A program made the position numbers and the translations under genes. Below, piece by piece: positions 11,971 through 25,514 of a stretch of 64,000 nt of DNA. The DNA is from Pecten maximus (taxonomy: Eukaryota): contig NC_047029.1 in NCBI RefSeq assembly GCF_902652985.1, forward strand, positions 5,456,001 through 5,520,000, read 5' to 3'. A model generated the notes under the pieces. The model did no database searches, had not been told where the DNA came from, and was given only the letters and a program-made list of their open reading frames with translations. The first letter of the stretch is position 1, and each line of letters starts with the position of its first letter.

Positions 11971-14900
11971 GTAAGTATTAACGAATTGATGATTGTTATA
12001 ACGACTTGCTACGTGGACATTGCATGGTTATGAATAGTACATACGTCAATGAGCAGTATTTTATTTTTGTTGTTAATGACATGTTAACATTTCCATAAAC
12101 TCGTACATGTACTTAACGTTAACGAACCATCAGTGTGAAAAGGTCATTAGGGCCATATAGTGAGTAAAACTAATTTAAAACAGGGAAAATATACAAATGA
12201 TCAATCTAAAGATTTCCATTATGCAAAATCCTTTATATTTTTGTTAATGAAAAAAGTTGCCTCTTATCTGGATAGCTTAATCTTGTATAAATAAATTGGT
12301 ACAAACAGCTTAAAATTGGCTAAATTAAATTAAAATTGAAGCAAGAAGGCTGTTTGTACGGCCAGGGGCGATTTTTATCAATGCTCCTCAACTTAAGCAA
12401 ATCGCGACGAGCATACAAATAACAATATAGCAAGACAGTTTTCCTATAGATATGATATAGATACAGCGATACGCCAATGATTCCTGAAGAGATGTTCATC
12501 GTGTTGATAGATCCTACGTGACGATCATAATACATGTACAGTAATAGGAATGTCTCCCTTCCCTCAATCAGAATTGGTAGATTACATGGGAGATTCCATG
12601 ATATATCAAGCTTCCTGACATCGAAGCATTTTTTTAACCTATATCCTGGTTGTTAAGATGTCAGCTCCTAGACAGAGCGCTGCAGCATCAACGTGGATAT
12701 AACAGGAGTTGTATATCACTGCATGTCGAATGCGGCGAAAAGTGGCCACCCTGAATAATTCGGAATTGGGTACCGTGTCTTCTACCTTTGGAATATTGAA
12801 GAAACCAAATTCTGCCCCATTGCAACACTATGGATCTTTAATCTTTCCTTTCTCCCCTAAATACTCTATGTGTCTGTGCTTTGTATCATTCTACACACAA
12901 AGAAACCGACCTTATAAATACACTGTAAACAATCGACTATATACTACGTAATGGCTCGTTGCAGCGAACATGTTTATGAAATTAACCGAAGATATTTATC
13001 TAAAACAAATTTTAGAGAAAGCAAAGCATACCGTTAAAACTGTTAAAATAAAGTAAATATTATCAATACCTTATGATATCTGAAACAAACTACTTGAAAC
13101 CACCCTGACGCCCCTGACACTTTCTTGTTCCTAGGTCCCTAATCTATGTATCCAGTAGAATAGATAGTGAAGGAACGAGGACAGAATGTGACAGTGTTAT
13201 TGACATCTATTGCGGAATCGTAGCCTTATGTCTGTGCCTTCTTCTGCCGACAATAAAGAACCTAAACTGATATGCAACCTCAATAAAAATGTCCCACTCT
13301 AAGTGTCATGCCATTTATCATTCTGTTCATTATACTGGCACCGGGAAAAGCCATGTATGTTCCATACGCATATATTAATTTGGTGATTAAGATTTTTTTC
13401 ATTTCAATTTCAACAAATTTTATTATACAAGATGTTATAGTACAAAGGGATTTGACAACAGGCTTTTCCCACTAAATTAAGATTAAGATGCTTAGGTATT
13501 TTCAGGTTTATGATACATTTGTATACATGTATGTATGTATTTTATCTAATTTTCTACTGATTCAAATTTTAATGCTTCAATTGATCGCCACCGGATATGT
13601 GTGTTGCAATTGTATTCATGAAGGCTTGACATTATGTACGTCAGCAGGTTATATGTGCATTTGGCATCAACAGAAAAGAAGTACTTCTGGTCATTATGCT
13701 GTTGTTAAACGAGCATTTTCCAAATCGGAAATACGTCTTTATCGTTACGTTTAATCGCAATTCATTCCCCACAATTAAAGTACATGCTCCTTGACAGAAA
13801 CACAGCTTTCTTGTCTGTGGAAGCAAATCGCATTGCTGATTTCAATTTGAATCTAGGACATCCCTGAGGTGTCTTAGGTCAGTCAGTATTGGTGAACTGT
13901 CAACTCCGGCCATCAGAAATTGAGTCTCAGGAGAAATTAGATTAAGGTATGCTCGCCATGCGCTTTCACGCCAACCATTATATCCACACGCTGTTTACGA
14001 CGGAGAAGCACAGACGTTATAGGATTCCTTGTTTCCCTGGCTGTTCTTTAATAGTATATCAATAACAGTGATTCCTTAAAACAAGCTGGACTATCGACAG
14101 GCTAAATTAATAGATGGAACCTCTATATTCATTAACTTAATTTATTCATATAGATACCGTTTCCTTGTCTGGTTACACTCCTTAAAATATTTTGCAAGCC
14201 AAACCTATGTTGTTATCCATATATATTTTACGTTTTATCTTATATTCTGTATTACATATACCTAGGAGAACAATATTAAATGAAAAGAGCAGCGATATCT
14301 AGAAAGACCATTTTCTTCTCGAAAACGCATCACTGTTAATGTTGAACTACATTTTATAAGCACCTTAATAATAACATTTCCGTGTCTTTATTTTCCTGTT
14401 TATAATGTTGTACGTGCTCAAAAAGCATTTAACATGAAAGTACACATTGTCTTCTATATAACAACGACCCTTTCATATTTAGTGCAGCGTCATGACTTGT
14501 AAATGTAACAACATTAACACCGTTAGAGATTTTCGCAAAGTACAACAAACAAATCACTTTTTTAGGAATCTGGAATCAACTAAAAAGGGTATATCAATAT
14601 TATTTTTAAACGTACTATGTATCTGATTGATTTTAACAATTCCTTTCAAAAACATCAATTTATTGTCGGGGAAAGGCCAAATGACGTAATTTTTCGCTTT
14701 ATAATCAAAGTTTCCCCCTATTTGTCACGGACATCATCCAGGTACACCACCAAATCTACATTGGTTAATTTCCTATTCAAATAATCTCGGATACGAGGTT
14801 GTAATTTCAGTAAATATACGATGGCTGTTTATGTTCATGTCGCGTTACGGAAATTTGCATCGTTTTTAGTATCAGAAACGAACAAACACCCCTACACGAA

Positions 14901-15371
14901 AGCAGCGAATTGGAATTAATTAAATCAATTACTTGCAAATCATTTTCAAAAACAAACTTATTGTATAGAAGTTTTCAGTTATACGTACATGTACAAGTTG
15001 GTAGATTTGATATTGCTTTAAAACCACGGCCACCATCGTTGCCATCACAGTCGATCCCAGCCTCGATAATGAATACGGTGACAAAGTGAAAGTAGAATTA
15101 TTATGCGTAACCTGCCGTTTTTCGTAAAACTCAGTATCATTTGATGTTGCTGTACTGTATATTATCAATTCAAACAGCTAAAACTAACAAAAACACTGAA
15201 TAATACAAAATGTAACCTTCGTGTCAGGCAGTACAGACAAAACTCAAACCTGTAAACAATGTGACGTCATCGGAATGTTGAAGTTGCAACAAAGTACAAC
15301 AATGAATATTTTACATGAATAAACTAATGAGTAACAGATTGTAGGATAACATTAATAATGGTGCGGAGGGC

Positions 15372-15740
15372 CCAAACCTGTAACCTTTCTCACACCAAAG
15401 CAAGAAAACTTTCTCATACTAAACCCATAACCCATTCCCACACCAAACCCATAACCCTTTCTCACACCAAAGCAAGAAAACTTTCTCATACTAAACCCAT
15501 AACCCATTCTCACACCAAACCCATAACCCTTTCTCACAACAAACCCATAACCCTTTCTCACAACAAACCCATAACCCTTTCTCACACTTAACCCATAACT
15601 GTCCTCATACAAACAAAATCGAACTCAATAAATGTTGTCACACCAAATCCAAATCCATAACCTTTCTCACAACAAATCGGACTTCCTAACCTTTCTCACA
15701 CTAAACCCATAACCTTTTTCACACCAAAGCCATTACCTTT
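15372..15740. repeat. ~24-bp minisatellite (aaacccataaccctttctcacacc), about 15 copies, decaying 3'
   Basis: Direct reading; gives the 8-aa periodic ORFs at 15352-15612. Confidence 0.9.
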
Positions 15741-17579
15741 TACAAACCGTCAACTAAAGGTCAAATGTGCGCAATTGACAAAGAGAACAAAAATCTGTTG
15801 TGTAGGAGGAAGAAAATGATAAGATCCCTGATAGGTCACACCAAACGAATCATTCTATAAAAGAACAATTTTGTGCACTACCTGCAGGGTAGTCTGTAGT
15901 GTATTATTATACCTCATTTATATAATCGCATATTATATTGGATTAAATTGATCACGTGACGGGGTAACTATAGTGACGCCCCTATTTGGAGCCTCTCTTA
16001 CATGACGGTAGGAGTTATTAGACTTTTTCTTAGAGTTCCGAGTGCCACCAGACGACATCAAACAAATGGCAACCTGCATGTTTCCCATTCGATATTAGGA
16101 TGGAATAGATAAGAAGTTTTTCCAATAAAGGATGCCTTCAACACAAAGGACGCATCAAGGTTGGCTATGAATCTTTTAAAGAGTTTTCGATGGAAAAATA
16201 TCTGATTTGAACAACATGAAACAAAGGAATATGACAATGCTCAGCGGGAATTTCGATTTTTTCCATAGATGATTTAATAAACAATAAGTTGCAATTTCTC
16301 TGAGACATGCATATCTGTTCACCCTCGCTCTCAGGAAACATGACATGCCTCGGTTGAACAAACATAATGTGTCTCCCAAAAGCAACTATATATTGTTAAT
16401 GAAATGCTGTCGTTGTTAATGAAATGCTGTTGTTGAAACTTTTCATATAATCATTATATTGCGTTCTTGTCATATTAGATTTAGGCGTTAAAGTCTTTGG
16501 ATTGCTATTTACGTTTATTATTTAAATGAGCATAGAGTAAAAATATAACACATTTCAATGTCAGGCAACCAGGTGACGCCCATTTAACAACACTTGGAAG
16601 CAAGAACGCAGAAAACCGTCCGACGTTAATCGATTTTCTTTAGAAGTTCGCCGAACACTTATCTTATCTAGACAGCAGGTTTTTGCAATCTCGCGCTTCA
16701 AGGTGTGTAATACATTGCCGCTTTGAACACTTAGTACATTCCCATAGGACTCGTATCCTTACAAGAGTACATGTTGTATAAGAAATTACTGTTTTTTATT
16801 ATCTCGTTGATTTGTATGTCCTTTCATTTAATTTACCCAAAATCAGCAAAAACTGTGGACAATTAATGTGGATTAAGGGCTTAATTCTTATTAAATACTT
16901 TACCGATATTGCTGACTGCCGACTCCCCAGTTAACCCTAACTAGACTTAATAGTCGCCGGTCGACAATTAATGAGGCCGTTCTAGTAAAATGTATCGGAA
17001 AGCGTGGTGCTATTGTTCAGGAAGGTGTTAAGTACCTATGGCCAGGGATTCTTCAACTACAACAATCGTGGGTAAATCAAATAAGATTCACGTATATGGA
17101 ATAAGAGAATGTTCGGATTCAAATCTTTATTGCTCGGTATTTCTTACTTTTTTTTTCAAAATGACATTATAGGTTACAGATTTATTGCTTTTCAAAATTA
17201 TTCAACGTAAATTTAGAACGTTGACGAAAAAAGTTTTCCATTTTAGGTTATGTTTTCTGTTGTTTTTTATTCTGCTTTTAGTTTTCTATTCTGTGTCAAT
17301 TTGTGCTTTTCGAGAAGCTGATAAGCGGACTGGTATGTGCTGTCGTGGTTGTGTCGTCGGAAAAGACGTTTTACTCTGTTTGCTCTTGAAGGCATGCGAA
17401 GAACTTCTTTGTAGTCTCCAACTACTACCAGGAGATTCCGCCTCAAAACAATCCTTGCTATTCACGCGGCGGAAATCAAATAAACAAATAAACAAACAAA
17501 TAATTATATTCTGCGTTTGCATGTCCCGTGCTTTGATACTTCTCAATCTGTTTCTAGTATTTACGTTCTGCTCTCAAAC

Positions 17580-20380
17580 TGTACTACGCTCTGCTCTCTA
17601 ACTGTACATTCGATGTTCTAGTCTGTACGTTATACTACGTTCTGCTCTCTAACTGTACATTCGATGTTCTAGTCTGTACGTTAGACTACGCTTCTGATCT
17701 CTAACTATACATTCGATGTTCTAGTCTGTACGTTAGACTACGCTTTGCTCTCTAACTTGTACATTCGATGTTCTAGTCTGTACGTTAGACTACGTTCTGA
17801 TCTCTAACTGTACATTCGATGTTCTAGTCTGTACGTTATACTACGTTCTGCTCTCTAACTGTACATTCGATGTTCTAGTCTGTACGTTATACTACGTTCT
17901 GATCTCTAACTGTACATTAGATGTTCTAGTCTGTACGTTAGACTACGTTCTGATCTCTAACTGTACATTAGATGTTCTAGTCTGTACGTTATACTACACT
18001 CTGCTCTCTAACTGTACATTAGATGTTCTAGTCTGTACGTTATACTACGTTCTGCTCTCTAACTGTACATTAGATGTTCTAGTCTGTACGTTAGACTACG
18101 CTCTGATCTCTAACTGTACATTAGATGTTCTAGTCTGTACGTTAGACAACGTTCTGCTCTCTAATTGTACATTAGATGTTCTAGTCTGTACGTTAGACAA
18201 CGTTCTGCTCTCTAATTGTATATTCGATGTTCTAGTCTGTACGTTAGACTACGCTCTGTTCTCTAACTGTACATTCAATGTTCTAGTCTGTACGTTAGAC
18301 TACTCTCTGATCTCTAATTGTACATTCGATGTTCTGGTATGTACGTTATACTACACTCTGCTCTCTAACTGTACATTCGGTGTTCTAGTCTGTACGTTGA
18401 TGGACTACCGCTTGACTCTAACTGTAACATTCGATGTCTAGGTCTGTTACGTTAGACTTACCGCTCTGATCTCTAACTAGGTACATCGATGTTCTAGTCC
18501 TGTACGTTAGACTACGCTTTGCTCTCTAACTATACATTAGATGTTCTAGTCTGTACGTTAGACTACGCTCATGATCTCTAACTGTACATTAGATTTCTAG
18601 TCTGTACGTTAGACTACGCTTTTGCGCCTCTAAACTGTACATTCGGTGTTCTAGTCTGTACGTTTAGACTACGCTATGTATCTAATTGTACATTGATGTT
18701 CGGTAATGTACGTTAGACTTGTTTTGCTCTCTAACTGTAACATTCGTGGTTCTGGTATGTCGTTAGACTAACGCTCAGCTCTCTAACGTACATTCGTGTT
18801 CTAGTCTGTACGTAACTACCTCTTATCTCTAACTGTACATAGATGTTCTAGTCTGTAATTTAAGACTACGTTTTCTGTCTCTAATTGTAACATGCGATGT
18901 TCTAGTCTGTACGTTAGACTACGCTTTGCTCTCTAACTGTACATTAGATGTTCTAGTCTGTACGTTAGACTACGCTCTGATCTCTAACTGTACATTAGAT
19001 GTTCTAGTCTGTACGTTAGACTACGCTTTGCTCTCTAACTGTACATTCGGTGTTCTAGTCTGTACGTTAGACTACGCTCTGATCTCTAATTGTACATTTG
19101 ATGTTCTGGTATGTACGTTAGACTATGTTTTGCTCTCTAACTGTACATTCGATGTTCTGGTATGTACGTTAGACTACGCTCAGCTCTCTAACTGTACATT
19201 CGGTGTTCTAGTCTGTACGTAAGACTACGCTCTGATCTCTAACTGTACATTAGATGTTCTAGTCTGTAAGTTAGACTACGTTCTGATCTCTAATTGTACA
19301 TTCGATGTTCTAGTCTGTACGTTAGACTACGCTCTGATCTCTAACTGTACATTCGATGTTCTAGTCTGTACGTTAGACTACGCTCTGATCTCTAATTGTA
19401 CATTCGATGTTCTAGTCTGTACGTTAGACTACGCTTTGCTCTCTAACTGTACATTCGGTGTTCTAGTCTGTACGTTAGACTACGCTCTGATCTCTAATTG
19501 TACATTTGATGTTCTGGTATGTACGTTAGACTATGTTTTGCTCTCTAATTGTACATTCGATGTTCTAGTCTGTACGTTAGACAACGTTTTGCTCTCTAAC
19601 TGTACATTCGATGTTCTAGTCTGTACGTTAGACTACGCTCTGATCTCTAACTGTACATTCGATGTTCTAGTCTGTACGTTAGACTACGCTCTGATCTCTA
19701 ACTGTACATTCGATGTTCTAGTCTGTACGTTAGACTACAATCTGATCTCTAACTGTACATTCGATGTTCTAGTCTGTACGTTGGACTATGTTTTGCTCTC
19801 TAACTGTACATTCGGTGTTCTAGTCTGTACGTTAGACTACGCTCTGATCTCTAATTGTACATTTGATGTTCTGGTATGTACGTTAGACTATGTTTTGCTC
19901 TCTAATTGTACATTCGATGTTCTAGTCTGTACGTTAAACTACGCTCTGCTCTCTAACTGTACATTCGATGTTCTAGTCTGTACGTTAGACTACGCTCTGA
20001 TCTCTAATTGTACATTCGATGTTCTAGTCTGTACGTTAGACTACGCTCTGATCTCTAACTGTACATTCTGTGTTTTAACTGCTTTATATACTACGCCGTG
20101 CTCTCTAATATTACATTGGGTGTTCTAGACCGTACGCTATACTACGCTGCGCATAGTAATTGTACACTCGGTGCTCTAGACTGTACATTATGCTATACTA
20201 TTTTCTCTCTAATTGTACATTAGGTGTTCTCTGGTTTTTACGTAATACTGCGCTCTTCTGTCTTATTGTGCATTCGGTTTTCTCTGGTCTTTACGTAATA
20301 CTGCGCTCTTCTCTCTAATTGTACATTCGGTGTTCTCTAAACCGTACGTTATACCGCTCTCTGCTCAATAATTGTATATA
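17580..20380. repeat. 51-bp tandem array, about 50 copies plus degenerate 3' flank
   Basis: Unit ctctaactgtacattcgatgttctagtctgtacgttagactacgctctgat; 17-aa periodic ORFs; internal inverted repeat tagtct/agacta. Confidence 0.97.
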
Positions 20381-22666
20381 TATTCCCTTTTCTGAATTTA
20401 CACGGACGGTTCTCTTATCTATATGTTCCCTATTCTAATGTGTAAGTCGATCTCTGATCTGTACGTTCCTTATTTTAATTTGTAGGACTGTTCTCTGATC
20501 TGTACGTTCTGTGTTCGCTAATTAAATCACAGCTGCAATGCACACCCGACATCAAATGCATCCCCTGTAAGCCTTATACTCAATAAAACTATGGAATGCA
20601 TTCTAATTGTGATATATGGAACCTTTACTCCACTGTCGCAGCAGTTTACACTATTTTTATGCCAGTTAGACGCATATTGTGATCTTGTATCCCGTTGGTT
20701 TATATTACAATGTCGTATAGTGATACATGTAGTTGTCCCAGCCAAATAAATCGTCATTAGGTGTTCTGCTATTCCGCGTACGACTTTAATAATTAAGACT
20801 GCAGAACGCTGCAGCAATCAAATAAACAGTGGTACCCAATCGTGGAGGTTAAATACTTGAGACGTAAATATTGTACAATGACTACGTGTATTACTGTGAT
20901 TACTCAGAAGACATGTTATGTAGTTCTTCTTTTTACACTGGAAATATTTCACACAAAAAATCTTTGATAAATAAATATGTGTCTTAATCATCAACTGATA
21001 GTAACTACCCGTTACACATCTATTTTCAGTAACAAAACTGTAAGTTTTTTTTTTTAACACAACAGTCATATAAATATACTTGCTCACTTTATGTGAAAAA
21101 ACAATCTTCACTTCAGTTTGTCAGTAATAGATCTGTAAACATTCCATGATATTACAGCGTTCCGGATTAAGAAGGTTTATATGTAGTCCTTCAGGTCATT
21201 TGACTCGCCTCGTACCCTTTTTATTTCTTTCTTGTTTTTGTCCAGATTTTGTGTTGACGTCCTCATAAATCTCGCTGATAGCTTCCGTGTTGAGCTCAAT
21301 ATGAGTGTCCTTCTTTCGAATATTTACAACCAACTTACCAGATTTATCCTATGGGAGCCCGTAGCTGCCTAAGCTGATAATCCAAATCATATAAAACAGT
21401 TTCAATATTATCCACTTAACATGCATCTGAACTTGTGATTCTACTGTTCAAAATTGCTCGTTGACCTTTTTCATACTACCCACAATTTGACAAAGTGTCC
21501 TCCTGTTATCAGCTTCTATACCCTCCATCGTCTTGGCAGCATGAGTTGATGTTTCTATATTGTAAACAAAAATATAAATGGTCTTAGAAGTAAACAAAGT
21601 TGTACTGATGTCTCTAGTTGCTGCGTCAGCTAGATCGGTCAGCAGTCCTCCTTTCACCGGGTATAGCAGTGACATGTATATTTAATTAAGTTCAGGCAAC
21701 AGTATAACATAACATATATAATATAGATACGGAAGGCATAAACGTTGACTCCAAATATTCGTCAGTGATGTTAAGATTCGCGAGTAAAAAGATTTAAAAT
21801 GGCTCTCGGTGGATGTATAAATACAGAACATGTTATGCGCTGACCCCGTAACCAAATCATCCTGTTTGATTTTGAATTTTGATATAACAATAGTAAAAAC
21901 ATCTTAAGACTTGGGCGACCGTTCAAACCAAATCACATGAATGAAATATCGTATCAGTAGAACTGCACGAGATGACAGCAAGATGTCGGTTGTACTCTTC
22001 ACTTGCACGCGGTATTACAGTGCATACTTTGATAAATTCTCTGTGCCTGGATCAATAGCAAATGGTTGTTCTAAGATAAATCCTCCAAATTTTATCTGGA
22101 TTTAGACGAATTCTTCAGTGCGTCATCACACAGTGTAACTATGAAAAGTACATCGATGTATGATTTAAAGACAATTAGTTACACAACACACTCTTACCAT
22201 ACTCACTGACGTAATTTTATATGTGTTTATTGTCCTTTCAAGATATTTAGGCTATATGATGACTGTATTAAATGGGAACAACTTAAAAGTCTTCTCTGGA
22301 ATGTGTCACTTCACTTCACTGTAAATTATGTAAAGCTCTTAAAACAAGTGATACCGTTGTTATGATTTTAAATTCTACTCAATAAAAATTTCACATGGTA
22401 TTAAGACACAATCTTGCAGGTTTAAACACGGAATTAATGAATGTAACAGGAGCTCAATAATTATAAGTTTTTTTTAATTACTGATCATGTGACGCATGTC
22501 GGAATCCTACGCAAGGTGGAGATTGATTTGAATCATTTTTCGTCCTATCGAGAATTTAAGTTAATTCATGGAGCGACGTACTCAAAGCGCACTGCTCCAT
22601 TGAATTGGTTGCCAAAATTACACAGAATTTTTAAAGCACTCATGGTTTATGTAGGACAACGGGTGC

Positions 22667-23196
22667 TTGGTTTGGTTTGGTTTAATTTGTTTAACGTCCT
22701 ATCAACAGCTAAGATCATTAAAGGACGGCCCCGTGCGTGCGATATGCATGCGTGTGGTGAGTGCGTATGTGTGTTTTGGGAGGCTGCGGTATGTTCGTGT
22801 TAAGTCTCCTTGAGATAGGCCAGAATTTTTGCCGATTTATAGTGCTACCTCACTGATGCATACTGCCGAAGACACCCAGCAGGACACCCCACCCGGTCAC
22901 ATTATACTGACAACGGGCGAACCAGTCGTCCTACTCCTTGTATGCTGATCTCTAAGCAGGTGTAGCAACTACCATTTTTAAAGACTTTGGTATGTCTCGG
23001 CCAGGGGACAGAACCCGAAGCCTTCATCACAAGGGCGAACGCTCAACTAATGGCCAAAAGTGAGGCATTATCAAGGGAGACATTAGAAAGAAGAAAGTTG
23101 TTCAGAAAGAGAAAAGATAAGATCCCAAATTAAGTCGCCTCTTACGATCATGCAATGGGGGCAGCAGGTACAATTCTTACGCCCTACCTGCAGGGC
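22667..23196 (-). mobile_element. Full-length ~530-bp SINE (Meta-domain-like core, decayed tRNA-like head, extra 5' leader, (aaacc)n tail)
   Basis: Several homologous copies in the window; core cgttgtcagtataatgtgaccgggtgggg; 3' tail tagctgttgataggacgttaaacaaa-(aaacc)n. Domain name is from recall of mollusc SINEs. Confidence 0.8.
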
Positions 23197-25208
23197 ACTC
23201 TATGGATGCACGTACAATGCACGTATGCTCCTACTAACGGTATTGTACTAGATAACTGGTCTCGTTTTTTTGTTTTGTTTTGTTGGATTTTGTGTGTGTG
23301 TGCTGTGTTTTTTAGGATACAACTGTGCTGTAACAATAGACATTATAGAAATATTGAATGGAAACCTCAGCGAGTCATTTCAACTGATATTAATATTGTT
23401 CGTTTTATAGTATACCATTTCAGAAGTATTCTTCTTAAGCTCAACTTTGCGAATCGCTAACAAATTCGTTAAGGTAATAATATATCGAGTCTTACATAGG
23501 CCATATATCTGTATCGGTATACAAAATGTATGTCACAGATCATTTGTCATTTTCCAGTGGAAAAGTACGCCAGTCAAGTCAGTCAGTATGCCGATGTGGC
23601 TGCCTGTATCTTCGCCTCGGTATCGAAGATATAATTAAAGTTATTTACTTTCTCCCGTAGCAGATACAAATCCTGTCGTCCCACGCATCTGTGAACACGC
23701 AAAGATAGTACAACGATGCACATATGTCTTCTTATCTTAGCAACACAATAGCGTGGTACCATGAGGATCACCCAAGGAGAGTCCGCAAACACATTCAGTA
23801 GTATTTACGTTGATAGTAGCCAGCGGGCTATAGATGCCGGTGATGATGGTGGTTAATGGAATTTAAAAGTTATTTTAGATTGACGTGTCACTCGTGGCAG
23901 AGCTGTTGTTGCGTCATTTAGGTATGAGTTACGGTAAATTGACGTACGTGAACGGCGTTCCTCAATTAATGCTTCTTGTAAATGGCAGGGGTCCCAATTA
24001 GAAGGAAAATGATCTGGTTACATCGTTACCAAATGATATTCAAACATTACAGACGCGTGTCCAGTGGCAACGCGCATTTTATTGGTTTAAGGCTACGAAC
24101 AATAAGGTTTGTACTGAGCCACTTGAAAGAAACATGAAATGATCTATTAACCAAACAAACCTCTTGCTTGGGAAAATTGTAAAATTTATTGAAACTGAAT
24201 CGTTTGAAGACAACATGTTTTATGAAAACTTGAGCGTTGTAGTTGAAGTTAAAGGGCTTATCAATATTAAATCTGAAGTTTTCAACGAGATGCGTATTAG
24301 ATGATGATAAAAGCTGCATAGCAATACAATAAAGACTGTTTCTCCAGCACTTTTTTATCTAGCCTACACGCGATGATTGGAATATGCATATCACGGAAGC
24401 CTTAAATCCTGCCATTCTAAACTTCCATCATTTTGTGTTGTAAGTAACACACTGGAATATAATCAGCACGTTTGTACATCACATCAACATACTTGATATT
24501 GAAGAGGATAGCATTTCAAAACACGTCATGCTTCTATCCCAGTGATTCAATACAAGTTCAGAAATGAGTTTGACATTTCATTCAGAACCTGCAATCAGGA
24601 TGTTCCCGCTACTCATCGTTTTACAAACAGGACAAACCACATGGAATACGGAATGTTAACACGTATTCCGGCTGCTCTCAGTCCGACTGTTGTGGAAATA
24701 TGATGCAAAGCGAAGCTTGCTGAAAGTATTGACACAAACGGAAATGACACTGATTGCAAGTGTAAAGAATTTTCTCACAAGACCCTCAAGTGCGGCTGTT
24801 ACTTATGATTTCCAGTAACGGTAACTCTGTATATCATATTAATATGAAAAGATTCAATTTGTGTATTGATCGTAAAGACGCCTTTTAATATTTCATAATT
24901 TTCTTCCTCGGAGGATATGTATGTTTTCCCCGAAATATATATACATTCCCAATTATACAAAATAATACTTGACAGTAGCAGAATCTCTGAACTATTTGGT
25001 CTGCGTCAATAAATGTATTACCGGTGAATATTTTAGCTCGAAACCATTAAACTTCATCAATTATATCACAGAAAAAAACCACATCAAATCAATTCCATCG
25101 TATTTTTGGGAACTCAATTAAAATAGTTTTCAACGATCCTAACATGCCCGGAGCATCGACTTCAAACACATATCCGGTTATATTTCCACGGTTCTTACTT
25201 TATTTAAA

Positions 25209-25514
25209 GGGGTCACTATAGCTTGGTCGGTACGTGCGCCGGTCAAGTAACCGGAAGTGAATATTCCGGGTGCATGTTTCGTTGTTTCTTATCATTGGTT
25301 TCTGTTTCTCGGGAAGCTGTGAAACGTGCCGGTCTGTGCTGTCGCAGTTGTGTCCTTAGGCAAGACATTTAACCTTAATTGCTCTAGATGACATGCGATG
25401 GGCCTTCTGTATACGAGTATGATTCGGTGAGGTATTCACCAACTACTTCATGAAGATCCCGCCTTAAAATGACCCTGGCTGTTCACCGGGCGATAAAGCA
25501 AACAGACACACAAA
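25209..25514 (+). mobile_element. CORE-type tRNA-derived SINE, diverged
   Basis: A-box-like tagcttggtcggta, CORE-like gttgtgtccttaggcaagacatttaaccttaattgct (25347-25383), shared tail ccttaaaatgaccctggctgtt. Confidence 0.72.

Noticed and set aside
18926-20128. 17-aa repeat ORFs with periodic Cys/Leu (LRR-like look)
   Set aside because: Product of the 51-bp satellite; non-ATG starts, and the frame is broken elsewhere in the array.
20527-21675. Minus-strand ORF-like stretches suggesting a decayed coding sequence
   Set aside because: No recognisable domain motifs; would need tblastx/HMM searches.
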